Below are positions 40,105 to 50,305 of a stretch of 64,000 nt of DNA, one piece after another. The stretch lies in the NCBI GenBank assembly GCA_031370005.1, contig JANMPT010000024.1, positions 1-64,000 on the forward strand, read 5' to 3'. The notes under the pieces were generated by a model. It did no database searches and was not told the origin of the DNA. It was given only the letters and a program-made list of their open reading frames with translations. This stretch comes from Bdellovibrionales bacterium (GTDB taxonomy: Bacteria > Bdellovibrionota > Bdellovibrionia > Bdellovibrionales > Bdellovibrionaceae). The stretch's first letter is position 1; each line of letters starts with the position of its first letter. The position numbers and the translations under genes are program-made.

Positions 40105-40566
40105 TTATTGAGCTTTAGTAGCGGTTACGTTTGCGGTTTTCTTTTTGTAAGTGGGCTTGTTGTTATCAATGAAAGATCCCTTGAGATCTATTCTGTCCCC
40201 GCTCATTAAGCCAGTTTGCTCCAGCATTGGAAGTTCATCGCGGGAAAGAAGTTTATACTCGCGAGCAACAGAAATCTTTCCGTAAGTCGCAATCACACGA
40301 AGTTGCCCAACAGGAACGAGGATTTCTCCATAACCTTGAGAGCCGCTAGCATCACGAATTTGAATTTTACGAACAGCCGTGATTACAAGGTTTTTCTTAA
40401 GACCATCGGCTTCATTGCCATTAATGTAGAAGTCTTTATAGACAACATCGCTATCGGCAAGGGTGATGTTTCTACGTACATCCACAATACTAAGATCTTG
40501 TGCCATCACTGTGTGTGACACGATCAAAGATACAAAAGCCAAAAATCCTCGAGGTTTCATAAACAT
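40105..40566 (-). CDS. Hypothetical secreted protein
   Basis: Signal peptide; own sigma-28-like promoter. Confidence 0.75.
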   Translation of the reverse strand: MFMKPRGFLAFVSLIVSHTVMAQDLSIVDVRRNITLADSDVVYKDFYINGNEADGLKKNLVITAVRKIQIRDASGSQGYGEILVPVGQLRVIATYGKISVAREYKLLSRDELPMLEQTGLMSGDRIDLKGSFIDNNKPTYKKKTANVTATKAQ

Positions 40567-40581
40567 ACTCCCGTTAGGAAT

Positions 40582-40609
40582 TCATCGGCTGTTTCGTTTT
40601 GAAACTTGA
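40582..40609 (-). promoter_or_regulatory. Sigma-28-like promoter
   Basis: TCAA-N16-GCCGATGA (TCAAGTTT -35). Confidence 0.6.
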
Positions 40610-40627
40610 TGAGGCCATCGACTAGCT

Positions 40628-40936
40628 TTATTGGGAAACAATTGCACCTTGAAGAGTGCTATAGACTTTGTACCCGCCTGTGGTCTTGTAATAAATACTA
40701 TTGTTGGCGGTATTGGAAGAGCCGACGATACCAAGGGAGGTTGAAACTTTGTACTGACCAACAACTTTCCCCTGCCCTGAGCCAGAAGTAATACCATGGG
40801 CCTGCCCAGGAGCTGTGAAAGTTTTGATATTATCCACAAGACTTTGAATAGACGCTTCCATAGAACAAGCACTGAGCATTAATGCCAGTGTCGCAAATAC
40901 CAGAATGGACTGTAATTTTGCGGTTCTCATCAGCAA
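40628..40936 (-). CDS. Small lipoprotein
   Basis: MLSAC lipobox; C-terminal TTGGYKVYSTLQG. Confidence 0.7.
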   Translation of the reverse strand: MLMRTAKLQSILVFATLALMLSACSMEASIQSLVDNIKTFTAPGQAHGITSGSGQGKVVGQYKVSTSLGIVGSSNTANNSIYYKTTGGYKVYSTLQGAIVSQ

Positions 40937-40951
40937 CCTCTCATACTTAAC

Positions 40952-40979
40952 TTATCGGCTAAAAACTCACTAAACTTGA
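40952..40979 (-). promoter_or_regulatory. Sigma-28-like promoter
   Basis: TCAA-N16-GCCGATAA (perfect -10). Confidence 0.65.
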
Positions 40980-41063
40980 AGCCTGAAAAGCAGGCGTATT
41001 CTTTTGAGACACTTTTTATGTTTTAGCCGTGATTGCAAGGGCCACAATCTAGTTAGCCCATTC

Positions 41064-41600
41064 CTATTTGCTTAGTATTTTACTATGCAACTCAAGCGTT
41101 AGGGTTTCGATTCTTTTACTTAATTGCTGGGTTATCTCGGTCAATTCTGTATTTTGCCTAAGCAACTCCACTAATTGCGCGGTCTGTTTGGCGGCGACGA
41201 TTGCGCGCTCTTCGCTTGCCTGGGCGATGGCCTCTCTGTGTTGAGCATCTGCTTCAGCGTGAACTTTGTCCCGGTCAGCTTGCCTTGTTTGCGCTAATAA
41301 AATAAGTGGAGCGGCATAGGCTGCTTGTAAGCTAAAGGCTAAATTAAGGAGAATAAAAGGATAAATATCAAATGTGGCGAAACCAAAAACATTGATCAAA
41401 ATCCAAATAGCCACGATGATCGTTTGCGTAATCAAGAAGACAGGCGTTCCGAAGAAACGGGCAAAGGCTTCTGCTCTCAATGCAAACCAATCATCGCCAA
41501 AGACTGAATTAAGGTGAAGATGTGGTAAATGAAACCGAAAAAAATTTTTGCCATTATCAATAGGCTCAGTTTTATTTTGGCTTGTTTTTCTAGTTTCCAT
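41064..41600 (-). CDS. DUF1003 family membrane protein
   Basis: FDIYPFILLNLAFSLQAAYAAPLILLAQTRQADRD. Confidence 0.9.
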   Translation of the reverse strand: METRKTSQNKTEPIDNGKNFFRFHLPHLHLNSVFGDDWFALRAEAFARFFGTPVFLITQTIIVAIWILINVFGFATFDIYPFILLNLAFSLQAAYAAPLILLAQTRQADRDKVHAEADAQHREAIAQASEERAIVAAKQTAQLVELLRQNTELTEITQQLSKRIETLTLELHSKILSK

Positions 41601-41769
41601 ATTTAATCTCCAAGATTTATTCAAAGAACATCTTGAATGGCTTTATATACATTCGGGCAGTGATTTTCGAGACTCCCTGAGTCGAAACCTATGGTCTTTA
41701 GAAGAAATGGACTTTTATTGTAAAGGCATCTAAGTTCATCCAATAAATTAATGCAGAATAAGGAACTTC

Positions 41770-43740
41770 ATGTTGCCTCATCATCTGGAGCCACCACGTG
41801 GTTTTTTTGCACGAACAAAACGATTTTTAATCGGAAGCCCGAAGGACTTTTCGGACACCTCACTCTTTCACAAAATTTCTTTAATTCCATTTCTAGCCTG
41901 GATTGGACTGGGGGCGGACGGTTTGTCATCCTCCTCTTATGGACCCGAAGAGGCCTTCAAAACCCTTAGAGAACACACATATTTAGCCATTCCGATTGCG
42001 CTCATGATGGGCTTTACGGTTTTTATCATTTCTGCGGCGTATAGACGGATTATCGAAGAGTTTCCGTACGGGGGCGGTGGTTATGTCGTGGCGAGCAAAC
42101 TGCTCGGTCACAAGGCTGGAGTCATTTCGGGATGCGCACTGATAGTCGATTACATTCTAACGATCACTGTATCTGTTGCGGCTGCAGGGGATGCCCTTTT
42201 TAGCTTTCTTCCAATGCATTGGCATTTTCTCAAAATTTCTGTCGAGGTTTTTTTCATAATGTTTCTGACGATTCTGAATATACGGGGCGCGAAGGAATCT
42301 GTGATTGTTCTGACGCCGATTTTTATTATTTTCCTATTAACTCATATTTTTGGTATTTTCGGCGGGATTTTTTGGCACCTATCAGAATTTTCGACGGTAA
42401 CAGAACATGTGGCGAGTGGTTTTCAAAATGGCGTTCATTCTTTAGGTTTTGGCGCCTTGTTTCTACTTTTCATTCATGCGTACTCGATGGGTGGGGGAAC
42501 CTACACTGGAATTGAGGCGGTGTCGAATGGGCTTCCAATTATGCGAGAACCAAAGGTAAAGACTGGAAAGCGAACCATGGTTTACATGGCCGTGTCGCTG
42601 GCGTTCACTGCTGCGGGCTTATTGCTTTGTTATTTACTCTGGGGAATCACTCCGATCGAGGGTAAAACCATGAACGCCGTTTTATTTGAGAAAATGGCAG
42701 TCAATCTACCTTTTGGTTCGACATTAGTGATTATCACTCTGCTTTCTGAGGGTCTTTTGCTCGTGGTTGCCGCCCAGGCTGGTTTTATTGACGGACCACG
42801 CGTTCTCGCAAATATGGCGGTTGACTCTTGGTTTCCGCGTCGATTCGCCGCGCTATCTGAACGGCTGACAACAGGCAATGGTATCATCATCATGGGAATT
42901 ACCTCTCTCCTGGCTTTGTTGTATACACATGGTGATGTCGGGGCCTTGGTGGTCATGTACAGCATCAACGTGTTTCTAACTTTTTCGTTGTCAATTTTTG
43001 GTATGCTCAAGTCTTATATTGCGGAGAAAAAACCTCGTCGAACCAGCGGCATTTTAATTTTCTCCGCAGGCTTTATTTTATGTGCGACAATCCTAGTGAT
43101 TACAGTGATAGAAAAATTCACTGAAGGTGGGTGGGTCACCCTATTGGTGACGTCAGTTCTGGTCCTGATGTGTTTAGCGATTCGAGGCCACTATCATAAA
43201 GTGGCAAAAAAGCTTCGCCATTTACAAGTTGATGTCAATGAGCTTTGTTGCCAACCCGTGGCCCCAGTGCGGGAAGGACAAATTCCACGCTCGGCGGCCA
43301 TCTTAGTTGCTGGTTATGGGGGCCTTGGTCTACAAACAGTAAAGAGTGTTCTCGAGAACTTCCCCGGAGTTTTTCAAAATTTTATTTTTATTTCTGTTGG
43401 CGTGATCGACTCTGGTGTTTTTAAAGGTGAGGAAGAAATTCACCGCTTAGAAATGGAAACGATGAAAATGCTTTCCAAATATGTTGTTTTAATGAAAGGC
43501 TTAGGGGTACAGGCGGACTTCCGATACGCCATTGGAACTGAGGTTGTCCAAGAAGGGTTTTATGTTTGCCATGAAATTGCTCAAGACCTTCCACACACTA
43601 CCTTTTTCACAGGAAAGGTAATTTTTGAAAAAGAGCAATGGTTTGATAAAATTCTTCACAATGAAACAGCGTTTTCTTTGCAAAAACGCCTGCAAATCGC
43701 TGGTCATACAATGGTGATCATGCCGGCAAAGGTAAATTGA
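41770..43740 (+). CDS. APC family permease, KimA/YdaO-like (probable K+ transporter)
   Basis: DGLSSSSY, YPYGGGGY-like loop (FPYGGGGY), VDYILT, TGIEAVSNG, GGW. Confidence 0.85.
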   Translation: MLPHHLEPPRGFFARTKRFLIGSPKDFSDTSLFHKISLIPFLAWIGLGADGLSSSSYGPEEAFKTLREHTYLAIPIALMMGFTVFIISAAYRRIIEEFPYGGGGYVVASKLLGHKAGVISGCALIVDYILTITVSVAAAGDALFSFLPMHWHFLKISVEVFFIMFLTILNIRGAKESVIVLTPIFIIFLLTHIFGIFGGIFWHLSEFSTVTEHVASGFQNGVHSLGFGALFLLFIHAYSMGGGTYTGIEAVSNGLPIMREPKVKTGKRTMVYMAVSLAFTAAGLLLCYLLWGITPIEGKTMNAVLFEKMAVNLPFGSTLVIITLLSEGLLLVVAAQAGFIDGPRVLANMAVDSWFPRRFAALSERLTTGNGIIIMGITSLLALLYTHGDVGALVVMYSINVFLTFSLSIFGMLKSYIAEKKPRRTSGILIFSAGFILCATILVITVIEKFTEGGWVTLLVTSVLVLMCLAIRGHYHKVAKKLRHLQVDVNELCCQPVAPVREGQIPRSAAILVAGYGGLGLQTVKSVLENFPGVFQNFIFISVGVIDSGVFKGEEEIHRLEMETMKMLSKYVVLMKGLGVQADFRYAIGTEVVQEGFYVCHEIAQDLPHTTFFTGKVIFEKEQWFDKILHNETAFSLQKRLQIAGHTMVIMPAKVN

Positions 43741-43868
43741 CGCGAATTGCCTAAAGATAAAGATTTTGTATTACGACAAGGCATTGAATTCATGCAATAT
43801 CCGTTTGATTTGAAATTGAGGTAAGTCTAAAATAGAGTGTCAGTTTTTTAGTATGAATAGGAGCTTTT

Positions 43869-45065
43869 ATGGATCTACAAAAACATGCGGCAAATGAGCC
43901 TCAAGCCTCCAAAGACTTTAACAAAATTGATTTACTTCAAAACTTTAGCCAAGAGATTCGCTCTCCGATTAACACGATAATTGGGTTTGCCAGTCTTCTA
44001 AAGAATAACTCCCTTCCAAAAGGTGATCGAGATCACTTCGTGAATCAGATTATTTCCAATGGAGATCGGGTTTTGCAAATTTTGGAAAATACATTTCAAA
44101 TGTCAAAGCCACATATGTTTGGGACCCAACGTGAGCCCGCCTTGTTTAATGTCAGTGAAATGGTCTATGATGTCGTCCATTCATTAACACCTGTTGCAGG
44201 ACAAAAAAAAATCGACATCTATGTTGTTTTTAGAAATCCAATTCCTGAAACAATCACTTCTGATCCATTAAAAATTAGACAGATATTAACAAATATTCTA
44301 GGCAACGCAATTCGCTATAGCGGCGGCGAGGGCTTTATTTTGGTCTCACTTGATTACCAAGCTTCGGAGGGTGCGAGTTCAAATTTTGTGCTTGAGATCG
44401 ATGATTCTGCGGTTCGCGCTTCGGACGTGCGAATTCATGCTGACTTCGATCAGCAAGGCGGCCCTCAGTCTGGTTTAAATCAAGCGGCCTTACTCCATCG
44501 ACCCGGTCTGATTTTATCCCAAAAATTTGCTGCAGACCTAGGCGGCGAACTTGTCGTCAGGTTGAGTGAGCTGGGTGAAGGACATTGTTTTTCATTGATG
44601 GTACCAACCGGAGATATCGGGAGCGGCGTTTTTTTGAAAAAACGAAAAACTCCCTCTCTGAAGAAAAAAATAGTCAATACTTTGAAAAGATCGAATCGGC
44701 TAAAAAATGTTCGTATTCTGCTTGCCGAGGACTCTTCAATTAGTGAAATCCTCATCAGCTCCTACCTTGGCAAAGAGGGTGCGGATCTTACTTTTGTGAG
44801 CAACGGTATAGAGGCCATTGATGCGGTTAAAAATCAAACTTTTGATTTAATTTTAATGGATATTCAGATGCCTGTGCTTGATGGACTTGAGGCCACTCGG
44901 CAGATCCGACAATTAGGATTTCAAAATCCAATTATTGCAATGACTGGCCAGGCATTCCGTGATGACGTTGAAAAATCACTTGTAGCTGGTTGCGATACTC
45001 ATTTAACCAAACCGGTATCAAAAGAAGCACTCATTGCTGAAATTCAAAAAAGGGTTTTTAACTAG
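43869..45065 (+). CDS. Hybrid kinase-like/receiver protein with degenerate kinase core
   Basis: H-box reads SQEIRSP (no His); N-box NILGNA; intact receiver AEDS..MDIQMP..MTG..KP. Confidence 0.85.
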   Translation: MDLQKHAANEPQASKDFNKIDLLQNFSQEIRSPINTIIGFASLLKNNSLPKGDRDHFVNQIISNGDRVLQILENTFQMSKPHMFGTQREPALFNVSEMVYDVVHSLTPVAGQKKIDIYVVFRNPIPETITSDPLKIRQILTNILGNAIRYSGGEGFILVSLDYQASEGASSNFVLEIDDSAVRASDVRIHADFDQQGGPQSGLNQAALLHRPGLILSQKFAADLGGELVVRLSELGEGHCFSLMVPTGDIGSGVFLKKRKTPSLKKKIVNTLKRSNRLKNVRILLAEDSSISEILISSYLGKEGADLTFVSNGIEAIDAVKNQTFDLILMDIQMPVLDGLEATRQIRQLGFQNPIIAMTGQAFRDDVEKSLVAGCDTHLTKPVSKEALIAEIQKRVFN

Positions 45066-45083
45066 AAACTGCTTGGGAGGTTT

Positions 45084-45803
45084 CTAGTTTTTAATGCACA
45101 CCGCCCAAGTGGCATTATTAGAGCAGTGGCAATCATAATGTTGAAACGTTAAAGTGTAACCCGTTGGGCAGGTAAAATTATTGCCTGTCCAGTTCCCATC
45201 CCATTTGGGCATTATACCATAGCCAACCGGAACATCTGAACTGCCGGAAGTACAACCAGTTATTTTTTTTGCATTTATTGGATCCGTAGACTTTGTTGTA
45301 ATTATACTTTGTAAGATAATAGGGCGAAGTTGCCTTATAAGCGCCCCATTAAAAGCGATAATAAGATCTGCCTTATATTGATCTGCAATTCCAGTACTTA
45401 TAAAATTTGTCAGAGTGATAGAGTTTACCTTTAATGACTCTGCCATTGGCGAAGGGGCGGAGCCTGTTTGAATAATAAAAGGTGATCCAACAGCTGAGCT
45501 TGCATGAAGTCCGCTAAGGTTGATGACAGTTGCCGCAGCAGTGGTGGCACTGGTTGTATCTATCGTATATGGGGCACTGGCATTTAAGGCATTATTTGAC
45601 AACTCAGCTGTGCAAACTGAGCCATCTGCTAGCGAAGTTAAAAGAAGTTTTTCAATATCAATTTTTGCAAGCACTTCTGTGAGGCTTCTGGCCTCTCGCT
45701 GTTGAGCGACCATATAAGAGGACATTCCTATCATGATAATGGAAAGGATTCCAAGTGAAACCAGGAGTTCGACTAAACTCATTCCCGAGCTTGTATTTCG
45801 CAT
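45084..45803 (-). CDS. Prepilin-type protein (type IV pilin/T2SS pseudopilin-like) with Cys-rich C-terminus
   Basis: SSG|MSLVELLV N-methylation motif with E5. Confidence 0.82.
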   Translation of the reverse strand: MRNTSSGMSLVELLVSLGILSIIMIGMSSYMVAQQREARSLTEVLAKIDIEKLLLTSLADGSVCTAELSNNALNASAPYTIDTTSATTAAATVINLSGLHASSAVGSPFIIQTGSAPSPMAESLKVNSITLTNFISTGIADQYKADLIIAFNGALIRQLRPIILQSIITTKSTDPINAKKITGCTSGSSDVPVGYGIMPKWDGNWTGNNFTCPTGYTLTFQHYDCHCSNNATWAVCIKN

Positions 45804-45831
45804 GTGGCCCCCTTTTAAGACTAAATCGTAC

Positions 45832-45858
45832 TTATTGGCTTTAAAAGAAATTTCTTAG
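45832..45858 (-). promoter_or_regulatory. Sigma-28-like promoter for the pilin-like gene
   Basis: CTAA-N15-GCCAATAA. Confidence 0.45.
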
Positions 45859-45906
45859 CATGTCTCATTTTGAGATCTCGTCGTCCAGCTTCTCCATAGT
45901 TGGACC

Positions 45907-45934
45907 TAAAGTTTGTTCTCGAGAGCGCCGATAA
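45907..45934 (+). promoter_or_regulatory. Sigma-28 promoter for the beta-propeller gene
   Basis: TAAAGTTT-N12-GCCGATAA (both elements match consensus; spacer one base long). Confidence 0.7.
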
Positions 45935-46011
45935 GTAAATAGTAAACAAAACTTTAGTTAATAATTGTTTATTCTTTCTTTGCTTTTGTTGCGGAGGCGG
46001 GTGGTAGGGTT

Positions 46012-47547
46012 ATGTTTAAATTAGCTCTTAAATATAGCATAATTCTATCATTTTTCACTTTTTTGCCATTTTGTACGAAAAAAAAATCTGGATACGCTCC
46101 GTCGATTTTGAATCAACCACTGATCCATTCGATAACCTCGAATGGATCAGACACCCTTTACTGTAGTCTTGCGGGAGGGTGTTCTGTCGTTGTTGTTGGC
46201 GAAAATTTTTATACTGAATCCAAGGTATATATTGGCAATGCTGAATGCACAGGGGAGGTTTTAACTGATGTCACAGTTTCTGGACAAGCATTGAAGCAAA
46301 TCTCCTGCACCGCTGGAGCCGGTCGATCAGGAGTATTTGATGTTTACGTTAAAAATTTTGATGCGCAGATAAGTAAATTCATAGATGGGATTGATCCAGC
46401 GACTATGCAATTTAGTTATGCCACCTTTATTTACATCGGAAATTCAAATAGCCCCGGCGAGGTTCTTGGGTATGCACAAAATCCATTAACAGGTGCTATT
46501 GGCCCAATAGCGGGAAGCCCTTTTTCTATCGCAGGGCAAAACAATACCTACGGAGTTGTTTTGCATCCAAAGAACACTTTTATTTACTCTGCGAATGTGA
46601 GTTCTGGATCCATTTCTATATATTCAATTAATCCCTCAAGCGGGAGCTTGACAAGCAATGGGGCTGTTTTATCTATTGCAGGAAATTCTTCGTCTGGTGC
46701 AAATGGTTTGGCAATTGATCCTGCCGGAAAATTTCTTTATGTGACGAACTTCACTGCGAACAATATCTCCGGTTTTTCAATTGCTTCAGACGGGAGCTTG
46801 ACATCGATTCCAGGAAGTCCATTCAGCGCAGGAACTGGGAGTACTTTAAATGGTATCGCCGTCGATCCATCTGGAAAATTTGTTTATGCGGCGGCAATGG
46901 GAGGCTCGGGCTCTCTTTTAGGATATTCCATTGATGAAACAACTGGAGCATTAACAGCGATATCTGGAAGCCCCTTTTCTAATACTTTTGATGCAACTCC
47001 GTTGACGGGCGACGGAGTAAATATTCATCCCAATGGAAAATGGATTTATATGGGACTTGCAGGTCAAAATAAAATGGCTGCATTTTCTATTGATCAAACG
47101 ACCGGAGTGTTGACGATGATTCAGGCACCCGTTTCTAATGGGGGTTTTGCGAACAATCAGGGCGCGGGCTCACAGGTGCACCCCAATGGTAAGTTTTTAT
47201 ATTCAACGGCTTTTCAAAACTGCGGGGCTGTTTGTGCAATGGATAAGCAAGTTATTATTTATTCAATCGATCAAACAACTGGTTCGCTCACTTTAATTTC
47301 ACCAACGAAGGCAAGTAGTGTGTACTCATCACTAACGACTGCGGGTGGGCCAAATGATATTCGAATTGATACCAATGGGGAGTTTGCCTACACGTGCAAT
47401 TCTTATCGAGGTCCTTCAATTAATGCCTATCGTGTGGACGGTGCAACAGGGGCACTGACGGCTTTGCCTACGCCATCTTACCCTGTAACGGCACTAAGTT
47501 TCGGGCCTGGAATTATGGTCATAACTAAAGAGTATAATGGTATTTAA
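46012..47547 (+). CDS. Secreted IPT/TIG + 7-bladed beta-propeller (lactonase-like) protein
   Basis: Repeats of (H/D)PxGKFLY...SIDxTTGxLT..GSPF; N-terminal IPT-like VVGENF. Confidence 0.82.
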   Translation: MFKLALKYSIILSFFTFLPFCTKKKSGYAPSILNQPLIHSITSNGSDTLYCSLAGGCSVVVVGENFYTESKVYIGNAECTGEVLTDVTVSGQALKQISCTAGAGRSGVFDVYVKNFDAQISKFIDGIDPATMQFSYATFIYIGNSNSPGEVLGYAQNPLTGAIGPIAGSPFSIAGQNNTYGVVLHPKNTFIYSANVSSGSISIYSINPSSGSLTSNGAVLSIAGNSSSGANGLAIDPAGKFLYVTNFTANNISGFSIASDGSLTSIPGSPFSAGTGSTLNGIAVDPSGKFVYAAAMGGSGSLLGYSIDETTGALTAISGSPFSNTFDATPLTGDGVNIHPNGKWIYMGLAGQNKMAAFSIDQTTGVLTMIQAPVSNGGFANNQGAGSQVHPNGKFLYSTAFQNCGAVCAMDKQVIIYSIDQTTGSLTLISPTKASSVYSSLTTAGGPNDIRIDTNGEFAYTCNSYRGPSINAYRVDGATGALTALPTPSYPVTALSFGPGIMVITKEYNGI

Positions 47548-47561
47548 TTAAATCCTGTAAT

Positions 47562-48113
47562 TTATTTTCCAGCAAAGTTCATCAGAATCAATCCCAACCC
47601 CGCGCGTGATGATTTTATCGGGTCTGCTGTACTATCAGAAAAACTATCATTGGCATACTCAATATAATAACCAAAAATGCCCTTGTAATGTTTTATAAAT
47701 CTTACTTTGTACCCTGTGCCCTTGTATTTTATTGAAAGACCTGAGACTGTTTGTTGCTCAAGTGTATAAAAATGATTGAAGTTGTAATTGATTAAAAGTC
47801 CCCATTCAGGTTTTAAAAAACCAATGATCAAGGCTGAAACATTGCCAGAGCCCGTTAAATTTTGATTTCCAACAGAAGATGGGTCGGTTAATTGATTGGA
47901 GATATAATATTCATAGGATAAGCCCAAATTAAATTTACCGAGCTTAAATGAGATGTCGAGATCAAAAGGATTTATGGCCATAGCTCGTGTTTCAGTGTTA
48001 CTTGCGTTTCCCATCCGGCCATAAGCGCCACCAAGGCTTAGGCCAGCGTTCCAAGGCACGGCGTTAGCCTTGTTTGTGATAAAAATAAGAGTTACAAGCA
48101 AAAAAAATCTCAT
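47562..48113 (-). CDS. Hypothetical outer-membrane beta-barrel-like protein
   Basis: Signal peptide (ANA) and amphipathic beta strands. Confidence 0.6.
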   Translation of the reverse strand: MRFFLLVTLIFITNKANAVPWNAGLSLGGAYGRMGNASNTETRAMAINPFDLDISFKLGKFNLGLSYEYYISNQLTDPSSVGNQNLTGSGNVSALIIGFLKPEWGLLINYNFNHFYTLEQQTVSGLSIKYKGTGYKVRFIKHYKGIFGYYIEYANDSFSDSTADPIKSSRAGLGLILMNFAGK

Positions 48114-48279
48114 GCATTCACTAATGCATAATGAAGAGCTGGAATCAAGAGTCTTATTGATTGTGCGTCTTGAATGAATGTCAGAGTTTTGTTTTTATTT
48201 CTCAGTCGGATTGACCCTATTCAGAGATAAACATATACAGACATGATCAACTAAATTGTAATCCAATAGGGAGCTAAAT

Positions 48280-49329
48280 ATGTATTTTACGAATCGAATT
48301 TTATTGGGAATAATGACTTTTGTTGCATTGCAAACTTCGGTTGCTGTGGCCGCGGATATTACGGGTGCGGGCTCTACTTTTGTGTACCCTCTTATTGCTA
48401 AATGGGCTGATGCTTATAAAAAAGAGACGGGTCATAGCATCAATTATCAATCCATTGGTTCAGGCGGCGGTATTAAACAAATTGAAAGCAAAACGGTGGA
48501 TTTTGGGGCAACTGATATGCCGCTTAAACCAGAAGAACTGGAAAAAGAGGGCCTTGTCCAGTTTCCTGTTGTAAATGGGGCTGATGTGCCAGTTGTTCAT
48601 ATCGCGGGAATTGAGGCCGGTCAGCTAAAGCTAACAGGTGTTATTCTTGCCGATATTTACTTGGGTAAAATTAAGAAATGGAATGACTCAGCTATTCGCT
48701 CCTTAAACGCGAGTTTAAAGCTGCCAGATCAAGCTATTACGGTCGTGCACAGGTCTGATGGTTCAGGTACAACTTTTATTTGGGCAAATTATCTTTCTAA
48801 GGTAAGTGCTGAATGGAAAACAAAAGTTGGTGAAGGCACCTCATTAAACTGGCCGACTGGCGTTGGTGGAAAAGGCAATGAGGGTGTTGCTTCCTACGTG
48901 AAGCAAATTGATGGTGCGATAGGATATGTTGAATACGCTTATGCACATCAAAATAAAATGGCTCACGCCCAAGTCAAGAATCTAGCCGGAATGTTTGTGC
49001 AGCCAACAAGCGAAACTTTTAGTGCAGCAGCCAGTGGAGCTGAGTGGGGGAAGGCAAAAAATTATTATTTAATTTTGACAAATGCACCTGGTAAAAACAG
49101 CTGGCCAATTGCAGGATCGACTTTCGTACTTATGCAAAAGGTTCAAGATAAGCCTGAGCAAGGAAAAGAAGTTCTAAAGTTCTTCAAATGGGCTTTTGAA
49201 AAAGGAAACGGTATGGCGACAGAACTTTTTTATGTCCCGCTGGCTCCGAATGTCGTGAAAATGATCGAAAAAACCTGGAAAGCTGAGCTTAAGGGCTCGG
49301 ATGGTAAAGCTATTGCGACAAGCCTGTAA
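48280..49329 (+). CDS. pstS: Phosphate ABC transporter substrate-binding protein
   Basis: [31 protein letters not shown]. Confidence 0.96.
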   Translation: MYFTNRILLGIMTFVALQTSVAVAADITGAGSTFVYPLIAKWADAYKKETGHSINYQSIGSGGGIKQIESKTVDFGATDMPLKPEELEKEGLVQFPVVNGADVPVVHIAGIEAGQLKLTGVILADIYLGKIKKWNDSAIRSLNASLKLPDQAITVVHRSDGSGTTFIWANYLSKVSAEWKTKVGEGTSLNWPTGVGGKGNEGVASYVKQIDGAIGYVEYAYAHQNKMAHAQVKNLAGMFVQPTSETFSAAASGAEWGKAKNYYLILTNAPGKNSWPIAGSTFVLMQKVQDKPEQGKEVLKFFKWAFEKGNGMATELFYVPLAPNVVKMIEKTWKAELKGSDGKAIATSL

Positions 49330-50305
49330 CGAAGAGATAGGCCAGCCTTCAAATCAGTGGGATATTCGACTAAGGCGTCAAAGACTCTTGGATAATATTT
49401 TTAGGAGTGTTACGCGTTTTTTCGCCTTTGTCGTGCTACTCATTCTCGTCGGTATTTTAGCAACTCTTTTTATAGGCAGCCTTCCTGCGATTAAAGCTTT
49501 CGGTTTTAATTTTTTTAGAACCACAGAGTGGGACCCGGTGGCTAAACAGTTCGGAGCGCTGGTCCCAATTTATGGGACCATTGCTACCTCTGTTATAGCA
49601 CTGGCTATTGGCGTTCCAATTAGCTTTGGAATTGCTTTGTTTTTGACTGAATTAGCCCCGCGAGCCCTAAAGGTCCCTTTAGGAATAGCTATTGAACTTC
49701 TAGCTGCCATACCAAGTATTATTTATGGAATGTGGGGGCTTTTTGTTTTCGCCCCTTTTTTCGCAAAAAATATTGAACCCTGGGTTAATGATAATCTTGG
49801 AGCTCTTCCAGTCGTTGGAAGTCTGTTTCGTGGGCCGCCAATGGGAATTGGACTTTTCACGGCAGGACTTATTCTAGCCATCATGATTATTCCGTTTATT
49901 TCCGCAGTTATGCGGGACGTATTTGAGACAGTTCCACCGATGCTAAAAGAGTCAGCTTATGGCTTGGGCGCCACGACATGGGAGGTTGTTTGGAGCCTTG
50001 TGCTCCCATACACCCGGGTTGGGTCAATTGGCGGAGTCATGCTGGGTCTGGGGCGCGCTCTTGGAGAAACAATGGCAGTTACTTTTGTCATAGGCAATGC
50101 ACACGAACTCTCGGCATCACTTTTAATGCCCGGTAATACGATCTCCTCTGCGCTTGCAAATGAATTCACCGAGGCTGTTGGCGATCTTTATACATCATCT
50201 TTAATTGAGCTTGGTCTTATCCTTTTTATTATTTCGTTCATTGTTGTTGGACTTGCTAAAATACTCCTCTTACGCTTAAAGAAAGCAGAGGGGGCCCAGA
50301 CTTGA
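49301..50305 (+). CDS. pstC: Phosphate ABC transporter permease
   Basis: [25 protein letters not shown]; start uncertain. Confidence 0.95.
   Translation: MVKLLRQACNEEIGQPSNQWDIRLRRQRLLDNIFRSVTRFFAFVVLLILVGILATLFIGSLPAIKAFGFNFFRTTEWDPVAKQFGALVPIYGTIATSVIALAIGVPISFGIALFLTELAPRALKVPLGIAIELLAAIPSIIYGMWGLFVFAPFFAKNIEPWVNDNLGALPVVGSLFRGPPMGIGLFTAGLILAIMIIPFISAVMRDVFETVPPMLKESAYGLGATTWEVVWSLVLPYTRVGSIGGVMLGLGRALGETMAVTFVIGNAHELSASLLMPGNTISSALANEFTEAVGDLYTSSLIELGLILFIISFIVVGLAKILLLRLKKAEGAQT

Noticed and set aside
41600..41770. Possible c-di-AMP (ydaO) riboswitch upstream of the KimA-like permease
   Set aside because: No GCTGAAT...GGAACCGGGG-type core seen
46400..47500. Repeated DNA segments as a possible CRISPR array or tandem repeat
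   Set aside because: They are degenerate, in-frame beta-propeller blade repeats; no cas genes or spacer structure
48225..48265. Pho box upstream of pstS
   Set aside because: Only weak ACAT/GTAAT half-sites with irregular spacing
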